Below are positions 41,242 to 53,635 of a stretch of 64,000 nt of DNA, piece after piece; the stretch's first letter is position 1; each line of letters begins with the position of its first letter. The translations under genes were made by a program, and so were the position numbers. Source of the DNA: an uncultured Planctomycetaceae bacterium (lineage in GTDB: Bacteria > Planctomycetota > Planctomycetia > Pirellulales > PALSA-1355); the NCBI GenBank assembly GCA_963785305.1, contig CAWAUV010000007.1:1312001-1376000 (forward strand), read 5' to 3'. The notes beneath the pieces are model-generated. The model had not been told where the DNA came from and searched no databases. It was given only the letters and a program-made list of their open reading frames with translations.

Positions 41242-43564
41242 TCACAACATCTCGAGCGGATCGACATCCACGATCCACTGCGTGTCGGGCGGTGGCTCGA
41301 TATCGCGCAGGCGCGTCGCGCACCACTTGCCGCAAGCCGGCCCCGTCGCGCGATTGCAACTGCATATGAAACCGAAACTTGCCTCGCAGCTTCGAGATCG
41401 GCGCCGGCGCCGGGCCCAGCACCCGGGCCGAGAGGCCCGCCGGGTCGATCGCCGCTCGAAGACGCTCGCCCACATGCTGGGCAAACGCCTCGGTCCGCTG
41501 CTCCTGGGGACCGCGCACCACGACCCGAATCATCGACGCGAACGGCGGATAATCGAGCGCGGCCCGATCCGGCAACTCGTGGCGGGCGAAGCTTTGAAAA
41601 TCGTGTCTCGCGGCGGCGCGAATCGCCGGATGTTCGGGGCTGAATGCTTGCACCAGCACCCGCCCCCCGCGCGGCCCGCGACCGGTGCGACCGGCCACCT
41701 GGGTCACAAGCTGAAAGGTGCGCTCGGCGGCGCGAAAATCGGCCAAGTGCAGCGCCGTGTCGGCATTGATGACACCCACGAGCGTCACATTCGGAAAATC
41801 AAGTCCCTTGGCGATCATCTGCGTGCCGACCAGAATGCGGGCCTCGCCGGCGCGAAAGGCCTCGAGCGCCCGTTCATGACTTCCGGGCCGCCGCATCGTG
41901 TCGGTGTCCATTCGCAGCACGGGATATTCCGGAAACCGCGCCTGGGTCTCGGCTTCGAGCTTTTGGGTGCCCAGGCCGCCATAGTGGATGCCGGCGAAGC
42001 CACACTCGGGGCAGCGCTCGGGCGCGCTCGTCGAATAATCACAGTAGTGGCACACGGCTCGATGCCCGGCCACATGGTGCGTGAGCGCGATCGTGCAATC
42101 CGGGCATCGCAGCGCGTGGCCGCAGCTCGGGCACTGGATATGCGTCGCATAGCCGCGCCGATTCAAGAGCAAAATCACTTGCCCGCCCTCGACCAGGGCT
42201 TGGCTCATCGCCTGTCGGAGCGGCCGGCTGATCGCGCCGCGATGCCGACGATCCTTGAATTCGAGCCGCAAGTCGATCGTCAACACATCGGGCAGCGGCC
42301 GATCGAACACCCGCCGCGGCAGGGACAGGAGTTGATATTCCCCGGCCTCGGCCCGGCGCCAGCTTTCGAGCGATGGCGTCGCCGTGCCGAGCACGAGCGG
42401 AATGCCTTCGTCGCTCGCGCGGCGAAGCGCCACGTCGCGGGCGTGATACCGCGGCGCTTCGCCCTGCTTGAACGTGTTTTCATGCTCCTCGTCCATCACG
42501 ATCAGTCCCAGCCTGGGAGTCGGAGCGAACACCGCGCTCCGAGCGCCCACGATCACTTGCGATTCGCCGGCCGCGATTCGACGCCAGTGATGATGCCGCT
42601 CTGAATCGCTCATGCTGCTATGCAGCACCGCCACATTGCCGAACCGGCTACGAAAACGCTGCTCCGTCTGCGGCGTGAGACTGATCTCGGGCACCAGCAC
42701 GATCGCTTGCCGGCCCCGGCGCAGCACCTCGCCAATGGCCTGAATATAAACCTCGGTCTTGCCGCTGCCTGTTACGCCATGCAAAAGCAGCGCGCGATGC
42801 TCGCCTGAATCGATCGCGGCCAATACCGCGTCGAGCGCCGTGCGCTGATCGGGCTCGAGCGCGAGATGTTCCTCGCGCGGGGCGGCGCGCTCGACGAAAG
42901 GCTTGGTGGCCACGCGTTTCGACTCCGCCACGATCAGCCCTTTCTTGCGGAGCGACTGAATCGGCGCCGAAGTGCAGCCCACCGCCAAACAAAGTTCGCT
43001 CATTCGCAACGGCTCGCGCGATTGCAGCAAATGGCGCACAATTGCCGCCTGCCCCGGCGAAAGCTTGAATCGCTTCTTGTCGGCCGCCGACGCCGATTCG
43101 CCCAGCGCCGCTGCCAATGGGCCGGCCAGCTCGGGGGCCACGCTCAAAAACTGCGTCTCGCGCGTGCCCGCCTCGCCCCGCACACCGGCCGGCAACACCG
43201 TCTCGATCACTTTGCCCCAGGGCGCCAGATAATGCGAGCTCATCCATTCGGTGAGCCGGACCAGCGCCGGGCTCAAAAGCGACACCCGATCGACCAGGCT
43301 ATGAATCTCTTTTAGCTTGCGTTGACCTAGCGACTTCGATTCGAGCCGAACACAGTAGCCCACCTGCCGCCGATTGCCGCGGCCAAACGGCACGCGCACC
43401 CGCCGACCGATCGTAAACCGTCCCCGTAGTTCGTCGGGCACTCGATAATCGAACACCTGATCGGGGCCGGTGGCGAACACGACCGTGGCCACGAGCCGGT
43501 CTTCGGCGGCGTCGAGTTCCCACGGGTCGGGCGCGGTGTCGAATAAATGGGCCTGCTGGGTCAT
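41242..43564 (-). CDS. priA: Primosomal protein N' (frameshift near 41310)
   Basis: FDYRVP, LHGVTGSGKTEVY, VPEISLTPQ, DEEHE, two CxxC zinc clusters, GTQMIAKGLDFP; C-terminus VDVDP. Confidence 0.96.
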
Positions 43565-43728
43565 GGGGATTCGCTCGGTTTCAAAGCGCTCTCGTTCGAA
43601 GGCGCGGGCCACGATGGTTCCAAGGGCGCCGGTAAACGCCGGACAGGGAGCGGCGCCGTTTGCCGACCGGCTCTCGATCTATTATTATGTCGCGCGGCCC
43701 GCTCCGGGCGAAGGACATCCTCTAAGCC

Positions 43729-44397
43729 ATGCGACTCGGAATCTTCGGCGGAACATTCGACCCGGTGCATTTCGGCCATTTACTCTTGGCCGAATGCTGC
43801 CGCGAGCAGTGTGGGCTCGACGCGATCTGGTTCACGCCGGCCCATATCCCGCCCCACAAGCAACACGACGCGATCACGCCCGGCCGCGAGCGGGCGGAAA
43901 TGCTCGAGCTGGCCCTGGCCGGCAACGCGGCGTTTTCCGTGTGTCGCTTGGAGCTCGAGTGCGCGGGGGTCAGCTACACGGTCGACACGCTCGAAGCCAT
44001 TCAGCGAGAAAACCCGGCGCGTGAATTGACACTGCTGCTGGGCGCCGATTCGCTCGCCGATTTGCCGCATTGGAAAGACCCGCGGCGAATTTGCGAGCTG
44101 GCCACGCTGGCGATCGCGCGGCGATCGGAATCCGGCCCGGTCGAAGCTGTGCAGTCGGACGAGGGCCCGCCAAATACGGGCTCGCCGGACCAACTCGACA
44201 CGCGACCGCTCGAACAAGCGATTGGTCCCGAGGCGGCGGCCGGGCTGCGCATCGCGCGGGTCGAATTGCCGCGAATCGACCTCGGCAGCCGCGATCTTCG
44301 ACGCCGAATCGCCGCCGGCGCCAGCATCCGCTATCGCACCCCCCGGGCCGTGGAAAAGTATATCGAGACCGCGGGCCTCTATCGCGGCGCGACCTGA
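43729..44397 (+). CDS. nadD: Nicotinate-nucleotide adenylyltransferase
   Basis: GIFGGTFDPVHFGHL, PPHK, SYTVDTL, LLGADSL..W. Confidence 0.95.
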   Translation: MRLGIFGGTFDPVHFGHLLLAECCREQCGLDAIWFTPAHIPPHKQHDAITPGRERAEMLELALAGNAAFSVCRLELECAGVSYTVDTLEAIQRENPARELTLLLGADSLADLPHWKDPRRICELATLAIARRSESGPVEAVQSDEGPPNTGSPDQLDTRPLEQAIGPEAAAGLRIARVELPRIDLGSRDLRRRIAAGASIRYRTPRAVEKYIETAGLYRGAT

Positions 44398-44449
44398 TCG
44401 TCGGCGCGCGAACAACCGCGTCGCTCACGACTCCCTGCTAGCAGCCTGT

Positions 44450-44710
44450 TCATGCCGCTCGGCGGGCTTGCACGAGACAGCGGATTGTGGCGGGAAATTC
44501 GACCGTGGACGGTTGTTCGCTCCGGGCGAGAATCTCGAGCACCTGCTCAAGCCGTTCGCGCGGGGTCTGATCGAGATCCACGAAGAGCCGCCAGCGGCCT
44601 TTGGTCAGGCAAGTTCCGCCGCCCACGCCGCCGAGCCATTCCTCGCGCACATCGAACCCCAGATCGCAAGCCGAAGCTAGTGCTAGCTCCAGCAGTTCCA
44701 CCGTGTGCAT
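44450..44710 (-). CDS. Small hypothetical protein
   Basis: AAGGA RBS; MHTVELLE...VREEWLGGVGGGTC..KG....FVDL. Confidence 0.7.
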   Translation of the reverse strand: MHTVELLELALASACDLGFDVREEWLGGVGGGTCLTKGRWRLFVDLDQTPRERLEQVLEILARSEQPSTVEFPATIRCLVQARRAA

Positions 44711-45022
44711 GGCATCCTTTCCTGAAAGCGCTCGCAATGAATTCGGCGCGTCGATAACTTCTCCACCGCGACATTCCAACCGCAATGTTTCGATCGCATC
44801 GCATCGGCGCTCGGCGCCTTGGCAAATCATTCGGCCGAGAGCAGGCGCAACTTCACGAAGTGGGCGATGATTGTAGTGGCTTCCGCTTTAGTCAGCCATG
44901 CCAAGCCGACGATACCAGAGTGGCAAGTCGAATTGCCGCATGGAGTTTGGGTTGATGTGCTGGGCAAACTCGCGGGTCTGGCTTGCCTGGGAAAGCGGCG
45001 CGACTTTTTGGCGGACTCGATC

Positions 45023-45898
45023 ATGACGCGGGATGAAAAGCAAATGGAAAACCAAGAAACAAGCGTTGCCGCGCTCCAGGAGCGAATCTCGTATCTCGAG
45101 GAGCAAATCCATCGGCTCCAAAAGCTCACCGCGCTAGGCGAGCTCGTGGGCACGACCACCCATGAGTTCAACAATGTACTCACCACGATCATCAACTACG
45201 CCAAGATGGGTGTCCGCCACCGCGATCAGGCCACGCGCGACAAAGCCTTCGAAAAAATCTACGCCTCTGGCCAACGGGCCGCTCGCATCACGACCAGCAT
45301 TCTCGGATTCGTGCGCAATCGCAGCGCCGGTCAGGAGCCGATCGACTTGACCAAGCTGATCGACGATTCACTGGTGCTGGTCGAGCGGGAACTCGCGAAG
45401 TATCGCATTAAGATCGAACTGCAAATCGAGCCCGCCCCGCCGGCGATGGTCAACGCGAACCAAATTCAGCAAGTGCTGCTCAATCTGCTCATCAATGCGC
45501 GCCAAGCGATGCCGCAGGGCGGACAGCTCACGGTGCGGCTGTCCCACGATCCCGTGGCCCGATTCGTGGATATTTCCGTGCGCGACACCGGCATGGGAAT
45601 TCCCCCCGATAAGCTGCCGCGAATTTTCGAGCGTTATTACTCGACCAAGACCGGCCCCGACGCGAGCGGTCAGGGCGGAACCGGCTTGGGCCTCGCCTTT
45701 TGCCGCGATGTGATCGAAGCCCATCGCGGCCGCATCCGGGTGGAAAGCTCGCCGGGCCGAGGCACGATGTTCGTCGTGCGGCTGCCGATGGTCGAGAGCC
45801 CCGCCACGCAAAAACCGGCGCCTGCTCCGATTGCTTGGCCAAGCTCGCTCGCGCCGAGCGAAGCGTTCACGCCGAGCGCCACGCAGCCGCTTGAGTGA
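45023..45898 (+). CDS. Sensor-less cytoplasmic histidine kinase (HisKA + HATPase)
   Basis: LGEL...HEFNNVL, QQVLLNLLINA, DTGMGI, GTGLGL; only a short coiled coil precedes the H box. Confidence 0.9.
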   Translation: MTRDEKQMENQETSVAALQERISYLEEQIHRLQKLTALGELVGTTTHEFNNVLTTIINYAKMGVRHRDQATRDKAFEKIYASGQRAARITTSILGFVRNRSAGQEPIDLTKLIDDSLVLVERELAKYRIKIELQIEPAPPAMVNANQIQQVLLNLLINARQAMPQGGQLTVRLSHDPVARFVDISVRDTGMGIPPDKLPRIFERYYSTKTGPDASGQGGTGLGLAFCRDVIEAHRGRIRVESSPGRGTMFVVRLPMVESPATQKPAPAPIAWPSSLAPSEAFTPSATQPLE

Positions 45899-45957
45899 CG
45901 CCGCCGGGCGATTCGCGCGAAATCGCGCTTTCGCGTTATGCCGCTTGTCGGCTCGCT

Positions 45958-46638
45958 TCAATACTGCGGCATGCCGGCCGCCGCGAGTCGGGCTTGCAGG
46001 GCGACCATCATGCGCTGCTCGAGCGCGGCGTCGCGGCCTTGTTGAATCCAGCCGATCGTCGGTTCCCCGCCGCCGACCGGTTGGCTCAAGCGGCGGAGCG
46101 AGTCGTCGTTGCGCACATTGAACCGGCCCACGAAGCCCAACTCCGGCTTGGGCAGGTCCTCGAGGTCCTTGTACACCGCGATATCGACCAGATAGCCGCC
46201 GCCGGTCGGCACGACCCGCACCACGGCGCGGCGCCGAATCGACTGGAGCGTGGATTCGAGCCGATCATGGAAGGTCACGGAATCTCGCTCGAAGACTTCC
46301 AGAAACGTGGCGCCGGGCTTGGGTAGCGTGACAAGCAAGCCCTCGGTTTGCACATCGCCCACCTGCCGCACCCGCTGCTCGCGCTGCACCTGAAAATAGT
46401 CATCCACCACGTCGACGATCGTATCCCAGAGAAAGTCCTTGTTCGTGCAGGCGAACATCGACGGGTTCGGCTGCACGACCGATATGGGCGGAACGAACGG
46501 AACCGCGGGCATCGTATACGCGGGAACCGGCGGGCCAAAATACGTGGCGCAGCCCGAGCCCAGGCAGAGGAGACTCGTCGACGCCAGCCCCAAGCGGCGG
46601 ACCCAACGAGGCGACGATAGTGGCGCGCTACGCGGCAC
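45958..46638 (-). CDS. Probable lipoprotein, hypothetical
   Basis: Lipobox-like LLCLGSGC; WDTIVDVVDDYF...ESTLQSIRRRA. Confidence 0.7.
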   Translation of the reverse strand: MPRSAPLSSPRWVRRLGLASTSLLCLGSGCATYFGPPVPAYTMPAVPFVPPISVVQPNPSMFACTNKDFLWDTIVDVVDDYFQVQREQRVRQVGDVQTEGLLVTLPKPGATFLEVFERDSVTFHDRLESTLQSIRRRAVVRVVPTGGGYLVDIAVYKDLEDLPKPELGFVGRFNVRNDDSLRRLSQPVGGGEPTIGWIQQGRDAALEQRMMVALQARLAAAGMPQY

Positions 46639-47074
46639 GGTGGCGGTTCGTGTTTGAGAGCGAATGCGGAAGATGAGTTCGAGCGACCATCGTTCGATCG
46701 CGCGAGGACTTCAGGGGCGCCTGATTAGAACCATCGATCCGCCGACGACTTCCGCGTCAGCCAAAAATGGCGCGTGACTCTCGCGAAACCGAGGAAATGG
46801 CGGGCAAGTCTGACGCCCGAACGCCGCCAAAGCAAGCCCAGCTTGATGCGCCCGCCGAGCGAATCGACAATTCGCGTTCGTCGCGGCATGCATGCGCGAG
46901 CGACGCGCGCAATGCTGGCGGCGCCGCGCCGCCCGAGGGGTTCAACGAACACGGCGGTCGCGGGCAGGGGGAATCGCCCCGCCCAGCGCCGCCGTCGTGC
47001 TGGCAAGCCGCAATCCCTGGGACACCTGCGCGTGCCCGCCGGGGGCGTCGCGCGATCGCCGCTGACTGGCCGGT

Positions 47075-47768
47075 TCAACCGTACATCGAGTCGATCCCCA
47101 GCCGCATGCGCAGTTCGTTGAACTGATCCATGTAGGTCTCGTTCGACGAATGCACGTGTTCGGCTTCGGTGATGAACTTCATCTCGTCGTTGCAGTACAC
47201 GTCGCGATCGCGGAGCGTGTGTTCGTATTCCTTCAAATCGGCGCCGTAGACGATCAGCAGCTTATGCTCGTCGAATTGCACTTCCTGCGGGGTGTGCGGA
47301 TTGAGCACCGCGATACCCATGCAACCGTCGTTGAGGATCAAGTCCTCGTAGTCGTAGAGAATGCTTTTCAGCACCGGCAAATCGATATGCTCGCGGTAGA
47401 GGTCCTGGTGTCCGCGTCGCTGGCGATCGTGACTTGTTTCGAGCACCACATCGACCTCGCATCCCAGGGGATCGAGCAGATCGATGAACGTGTCGAACAA
47501 CGTTTCCTTGCTGGCGGCCGCCATCAGCACCGGAACACTGCTTTTGGTTTCCGCGTCGCGATACACATCGTGGCGGTAGCCTTGCGTGGGCACCACTTGC
47601 AGATCGTACGAAGGCCGCACCGCGCCGGTCAGCGTGAATTTGCCATAGCGCGACGACGCCCAGATGGGCTTCGAGCTCTTCTTCGCTCAGTTCCTCGAAG
47701 CTGCTGGAAAACTCCGTGGGAGTTCCGTCACGGAAGACATTGCGAAAGAACTTTTTCAAGAAGCCCAT
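47075..47768 (-). CDS. Hypothetical protein (frameshift near 47650)
   Basis: MGFLKKFF...EAHLGV joined to VRPSYDLQVVP...VLETSH...DGC.GIAV...QFDEHK. Confidence 0.7.
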
Positions 47769-48310
47769 GAACCGACCTCACCTCGAGTTTCCAATGCCGC
47801 CACGACAGACGATGGCTGTCTGTCCGCAGTAACTCTACGCACGCAACACTAGGTTATGTTCCGACCCGCCGGCTGTTTCACGAGCCGATCTTCTTTTCGT
47901 TGAGCCCGATAAGCTCTACAATCATCAGAGCCGTCAGAGTCGCGAACCGCCGGATCGCAAGCCGGGCGACTGGCGCCAGCAAGCCCGCGTCGCGGTGACA
48001 AACGAACTCTAGCATTCGCCCTGCCGCCGGGAGGCCGTGGAAGCGGAAAGCCGCCACGGAAAATACTCGCCTCGGGAGCGGTGGCCCCGATTGGCAAAAC
48101 CTTTTCGCCCTCGAAGGAGCTTTTTGTGAGTTGGTCAGTCCCAGGCATGGCGCGGCGCGTGACCGCGGTGGCGCGGCGCGTGGCCCATCGCGCTTCCACC
48201 GGCGGTTCATTCGTCGATCGCCTCGCGGCTGTCGACCTCGCGGCTGTCGACCTTCGGAAATCTCCCTGGCGGCGAAGCGCCGGTTGGTCGGGCGCGCGAG
48301 CCACGCGCTT

Positions 48311-49848
48311 GATGGCGCTCTCGGGCGCGTGCCTGCTCGTGATCGCGGCGGGCTGCGAAACTCGCCCGGCCGAAGTCAACGAACCCGAACAGCCGGAAGT
48401 CACGCGACCCAAATTCAAGATCCAGCCCCAATCGGCCGAGCACTGGGAAGCGGAATACCTGCATGGAGTGAAGATCGGCTATGTGTATGCGACTCGCCGG
48501 CCACACAAAGCCGCCGATCAAGACGAGCTCGATGAAGTCGACTCGCGAACCGTGCTCGAAATGGGGCGTGGCGACGAGACCAGCCGGCAGGAAATGCGTG
48601 TCACGAGCCTCGAAGCGCCCGATGGCCGCTTGGTCAGCTTTCGTAGCGAAATGTCGCTCGGCCCCACGCCGATGGTCGTGGTCGGCACGGTCGATGCGCT
48701 CTCCCTGGTCTTAAAGGAGTTTCCCGCCGGCCACGAAGCGGAAGCCACCGAGCGCCGCATTCCCCTGGGCGACGATGTGCTCGGCTTTTCGGGCATGGAG
48801 TTTCTCTTGCGTCAGCAGCCGATGCGACCCAACGAGGTTCGGCAGTTTCGCGCGCTTGTGCCGATGTTGAATCAGGTGGCCAAGTTCACGATGGCCGGCG
48901 TCGACTACGAAGACACCAAGCTGCTCGACGCCGACATGAAACTGCTTCGCATCGAATGCCTGATGCATACCAGCGACGACACGGTGTTCAAGCAAACGAT
49001 CTGGACCACGCTCGATGGCGAGGTGCTTAAGTCGGAAATGCCCGCGATGCAACAGGTGTCGTATCGATGCACGCGCGAGCAAGCCTTGGCGTCGCCCAAG
49101 GGCAAGATCGACATCTTTCGCGAGCTGCTCATCAAGCCCAAGCAACCAATCACCACGCCGCCCGACGCCAAACGCGCCCGTTACACGGTGCATTCTGACC
49201 AATTCCGATCCCACCGCGCGATTCGCAAGCTGCGCCTATCAGGTCGTGGCGCCGGTCGATGGATCGACGGCCAACATCACGGTCTGGGCCGCCGGACCGC
49301 TGACTCCGCCCGAGCGACCCGACCTCGCCGCCGCGCCAAAGCCGGGCCCGGAATTCTTGGCGGCCAACAACATCTTGCAGATTCATGATCCGGCGGTGAA
49401 GCAATTGGCCGCGAGCGTCGAGATCGGGGCGCCCGGCTCCGCCCAGCGGGCCGTGGCCCTCGAGCGGGCGATCTACAAGTTGATCGAGAAGAAGAATTTC
49501 TCGCAGGCATTCGCCTCGGCGGCCGAAGTGGCGAAGTCGCGCGAGGGCGATTGCACCGAACACGCCGTGCTCCTCGCGGCAGTGGCTCGGGCGAGCGACA
49601 TTCCCTCGCGAGTGGCCGTGGGCCTAGTGTATGTGCCCGCGATGGGCGGATTCGAATTTCATATGTGGACGGAAGTCTATGTCCGCGACCAGTGGCTCCC
49701 GCTCGACGCCACCTTGGGCCGCGGCGGCATTGGGGTCGAACATTTGAAACTGACCGACAGCAGCCTGGCGAGCGACACCGAATACTCGATCTTCCTGCCG
49801 ATCGCCGAAGTGCTGGGGCAATTGGAAATCACACCCGCCGGAGAATGA
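48311..49848 (+). CDS. Transglutaminase-like lipoprotein (frameshift near 49200)
   Basis: LLVIAAGC lipobox; GDCTEHAVL, HMWTEVY, PLDAT catalytic triad; start approximate. Confidence 0.85.
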
Positions 49849-50019
49849 TGGCGGTGGCGCCCCGATTTCAAGCCGCGACGGAGCGCGATCGCTTTGTCAC
49901 GGATGAAATGACGGATCGGATTCGTTCCGTGTGCCATGCCCGCGGCCCCGCGTGGGCATGAGGACTTCGCGTGGCGCTTGAAAACATGCCCACTCAAGGC
50001 AGTGGGCATGGCACGCGCG

Positions 50020-50860
50020 CTAGCGGCGATGACGCTTGTCGCGGTGGCGCAGGGGAATCCAGTTGGGCGTCGGCTCCGCGGGAAGCGGCACGACACGATA
50101 GGCCGAAAGCTCCGACACCGTGCGCCGCGAAACCCGACCCTGGGTGTCGACCTTCTTCGACGTGGTGCTCACCAGCTCGCCCGGAATGTCGGGCGCGGAT
50201 ACTGAAAGCGCCACTGTCACGCCGGTCGGGCTTGTCTGCACTGAGCGCAGCAAATTCACCGTCTTGATCTCGGAGAGCACTTTGTAGGCCATGTCCACTT
50301 CGAGCGTTTCCGTCGTCGATTCCGAATTGCCCGAGGGGTTGCCGGTGTCGGAGACCTGAATCGTTTTCTTCATCAAGAGCGGCGATTTGTCAGTGTAAAA
50401 AATTCGCACGAGCCGCCGCTGACCCTGACCGAGCAGCTCAAGCTCGTCTTCATGGCAGTCGATCGCCACGCCATCGATCTTGACCTGGGCGTCGGGCAAG
50501 TGCTTTTGATTGATGGTCTGGTTCGGCAGCGCGCCGGAGAATGTCTGCCGCACGGATTGCGGTTGCGTGTTCACGCGTTTGCCGCCGACTTCCAACACGG
50601 CCTCGATCCGCAACGTCACCCCATCGGCCGACACCGCTTCGAGCGTCGTGCGGGTTTCGTTCGTCGTGACGCCTTGCGGCTGGCCGAGCTCGTCGAAGGT
50701 TTCGGTCACGGTGCGCAAGGTTTGCGACGAACCGACCCCGCATCGCCCCCAGGGATGATGGTACCGCAGCGACTCCTGCTCCTCGGCATGGGCGACGGCG
50801 GCGAGCGCGCACAACCCACCCAGCGCCACGACCGCCACGCCGATATTCGACAGCCATCGC
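50020..50860 (-). CDS. Exported hypothetical protein
   Basis: Signal-like VAVVALGGLCALAAVAHA then HPWGR..VGS beta-rich body; start approximate. Confidence 0.6.
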
Positions 50861-51095
50861 ACGAGGGATCGCCTTTCGAGTCGTGGTCGGAGGATAGAAC
50901 GCGTGTCGAGGGCCACAAGCTCTTCGCGGTAGGAATTTTCCCAGGGCCAGAGCGGCCGCCAGCGGCAACCGCGGCCGATGGTCGATCGCCGTTTTCGTCT
51001 TTTCCATGATAACCCGCTCGCGGCAAGGCGCCATCCCCTAGGGCGGATCGCGCCCGAGCCCGATCGAACCCCGGAGTTCATGGACCCGGCGTTCA

Positions 51096-51122
51096 CGGCC
51101 TGTCGAATACATCAACAGGCTG
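51096..51122 (-). repeat. Palindromic REP/MITE-like element, copy 3 (core only)
   Basis: Reverse strand CAGCCTGTTGATGTATTCGACAGGCCG; same 27-bp core length as 20098-20124. Confidence 0.6.
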
Positions 51123-51172
51123 TTCACCGGCCAAACGTCGCGAGAATCGCCGACCAAGCGACCTCGCAAGAC

Positions 51173-52715
51173 TCATTCGGCCGCGAAACGGTCGCGCGTC
51201 TCGCCCGACGTTGCGACCGCCGCGGGTTCGCGGGGCGAAAGCTCCGGACGAGCGATCTCGGCCGCCGAACTCGGGCGAGCTCCACCGCGCCGGGCGTCCA
51301 TGGCGGTAAACACGGCCGCGAGCCGCTCGTCGTCGCGCGCGAGCATGCCGCGGAGCGACAAACAAACTCGCCCTTCGACGATCGTCGCCCACACGCTCGG
51401 CTCGCCGGCCCGCGCCAGCGAGGCAAGTCCGCGCGCGTCGCCATCGGCCGGCTTCAACAGAATCCGGTAGTCGTCGAGCCGATCTCGCGTCAGCCGTCCC
51501 GGCCCCAGATAGGCGAAGCCGGTTTGAATCTCGACCCCGGCCACGCGCGAACAATCCGCGATCTGCGGCGCGAGTCGCTGGGCGCGGTTCTTGAGCACCT
51601 CGGGCGAAGCCGCCAACATTTGCCACAGTGGAATGCCGCGTTCCCCCGCCGTCGGCTCCGCGGCCAAGAGCAGCGTGGCCTCGAGCCCGGCGAGCGAACA
51701 CCGATCGAGCTCGAGCATCGCGGAGAGCGGCGCGGCGGCAATCGTTTCGATCGGTCGCCGGCGCCCAACGACAATCCCGCAAGCCGGCCCGCCGAGCGAG
51801 CACCGCGCGTCGATCACCACCAACTCGGCGCCCGAGGTAAGCTGCTCGGCCGCCCGCGGCATCGAATTGATCGGGCCCGGGACCGGACACAGCGAACCGG
51901 TCGTCGATAGCACCACGAGCGGAATACCGGCCCGGCGCGAGCGACTCCAGCGCCTCCCGCGCCGCGCTGCCGGCGCGCATCGTTTCGGCTTCGCCCCGGG
52001 ATTCTTCGATGGCGCCCACGATTTCATAGTCGCCGCCTTCGACCCACACAAGCAGTCGTGTCTTGTCGAGCGACGCGTGGCTAAAGTCGGCCGCGGTGAG
52101 CCGATCCACGGCGCCCACTTCGGCGAGCGTCGCTCCGGCCGCGGCCGCCACATCGGCGAGCGACAGCCCACGACGCCGACAGACGACTCCCACCTGACGC
52201 CGGGCCACGAGGATTTCGCCACCCGAAGCGAGCGCCGCGAAGATGGCGGTGAGCGCCGCCGCCGGGCTCGCGAACGCCAGCGCGGCTTCGGCCCCGGCAA
52301 GCCGCGCCGCCAACTCAAGCGAAGTCGGCCCGGCGTCGCGATGTCCGTTGGAGTTGGCGGAGTCTCGCGCGGACAAATCGGCCACGCTGGCGCTCCCGCG
52401 CTCGCGCATCGCATCGAGCGCCGCGAGCGGCAGCGGCAATTCGAGATCATCGGGCAGCAGCACTCCCGTGGCGTTGAGCACCGCTTGGACGCCGCCCCGC
52501 GGAGCGGGGAGCACTCGGTCGATCATCCGACGCCCGACCGCGGCCACTTCGGGCAACCGGTCGAGGGCGGCTTGCCGAGCGCCGGCTCTCGCGTCGGCCA
52601 CGAGTCCGCGCAGGGCGCCGAACATTTGTCGGGCAGGAATCCTGTTCGCCAGCCGGCCCAGCCCGGCCGTGGCTTGCTCGGCGGCGAAATCACGCGTGGC
52701 TCGGAGAATGCTCAT
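51173..52715 (-). CDS. SelA-like PLP-fold protein, degenerate (frameshift near 51935)
   Basis: VLNATGVLL, LAGAEAAL, GGEILVARRQV, GATLAEVG, GAELVVIDARCSLGGPACGIVVG (SelA: [21 protein letters not shown]). Confidence 0.75.
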
Positions 52716-52779
52716 GGGTGGCGCCTCGATGCTGGATGTGTCAGAGCGTGTTAGAGCGATTGTATCAACGGTCGATGGG

Positions 52780-53466
52780 TCAAAGCGTGATCGTGCCGCC
52801 CGGCGCGATGACGATCGGCTCGGCATTGGTCTCCGAGCGCACGCGTTCGGCCCAAGCGGCGGCGTCTTGGGTGATCGGCGGCCAAGTATTGTAGTGCGAG
52901 GGGGCCACGCGCCGCGGATCGAGCAGTTTCACGGCCTCGATCGCGTCGTCGGGCCCCATCGTGAATCGATCGCCGATCGGCAACACCGCCAGATCGAGCC
53001 CGACCGAGCCGATCTGCTTCATATCATGAAACAGCGCGGTGTCGCAGGCAAAATAAATTTCCAAATCGCCGATCGCCAGCAAGTAGCCGCTCGCGCAGCC
53101 GCCGCTCGAGCCATCGGGCAAGGTCGAGCTGTGATGCGCAATGGTTTGCTTGACCCGGGCAAACGGCAGTTCGATCCGGCCGCCCACATTCATCGGCTCG
53201 GTGCGCTCGACTCCTTGCTTCGAGAGCCACTGACAGATTTCGAAATTGGCCACCACCGTGGCGCCCGACCGCTTGGCGATCGCGGCGGCGTCGCCCACAT
53301 GGTCGAAGTGCCCATGCGACACGAGCACGAAGTCGGGCTTCAGGTCTTGGGCCTTGATCGGGGCGGTCGGTGAATCGTTTAGATAGGGATCAAGCGCGAG
53401 TGTGACGCCTGACGAGCGAATGAGCCACGAGGCGTGGCCGAGCCAAGTGAGTTCGACGGTCGACAT
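52780..53466 (-). CDS. UPF0173-type metal-dependent hydrolase (MBL fold)
   Basis: TWLGHAS, DPYL, SHGHFDH, AHHSS, DTALF, LPIGDRFTMGP, PSHYNTW. Confidence 0.9.
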   Translation of the reverse strand: MSTVELTWLGHASWLIRSSGVTLALDPYLNDSPTAPIKAQDLKPDFVLVSHGHFDHVGDAAAIAKRSGATVVANFEICQWLSKQGVERTEPMNVGGRIELPFARVKQTIAHHSSTLPDGSSGGCASGYLLAIGDLEIYFACDTALFHDMKQIGSVGLDLAVLPIGDRFTMGPDDAIEAVKLLDPRRVAPSHYNTWPPITQDAAAWAERVRSETNAEPIVIAPGGTITL

Positions 53467-53635
53467 GCGGTTTCCTTTCGACTCGCGCTTTTGGGCGGCG
53501 CGCGTGGGGGGAAAGAGGGCGAGGGGGACCCGCGCCTCATCATACGCCGCTAGCCCGGCGACGGTCAAAACTCCCGAAGTTCCCAATCGCGCCCAAATTC
53601 CATTACGATTACTTAACCGTCTATTCGACCAATTC

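Noticed and set aside
51173..52715. Functional selenocysteine synthase selA
   Set aside because: Catalytic Lys motif absent and no sel genes nearby, so the symbol is withheld.
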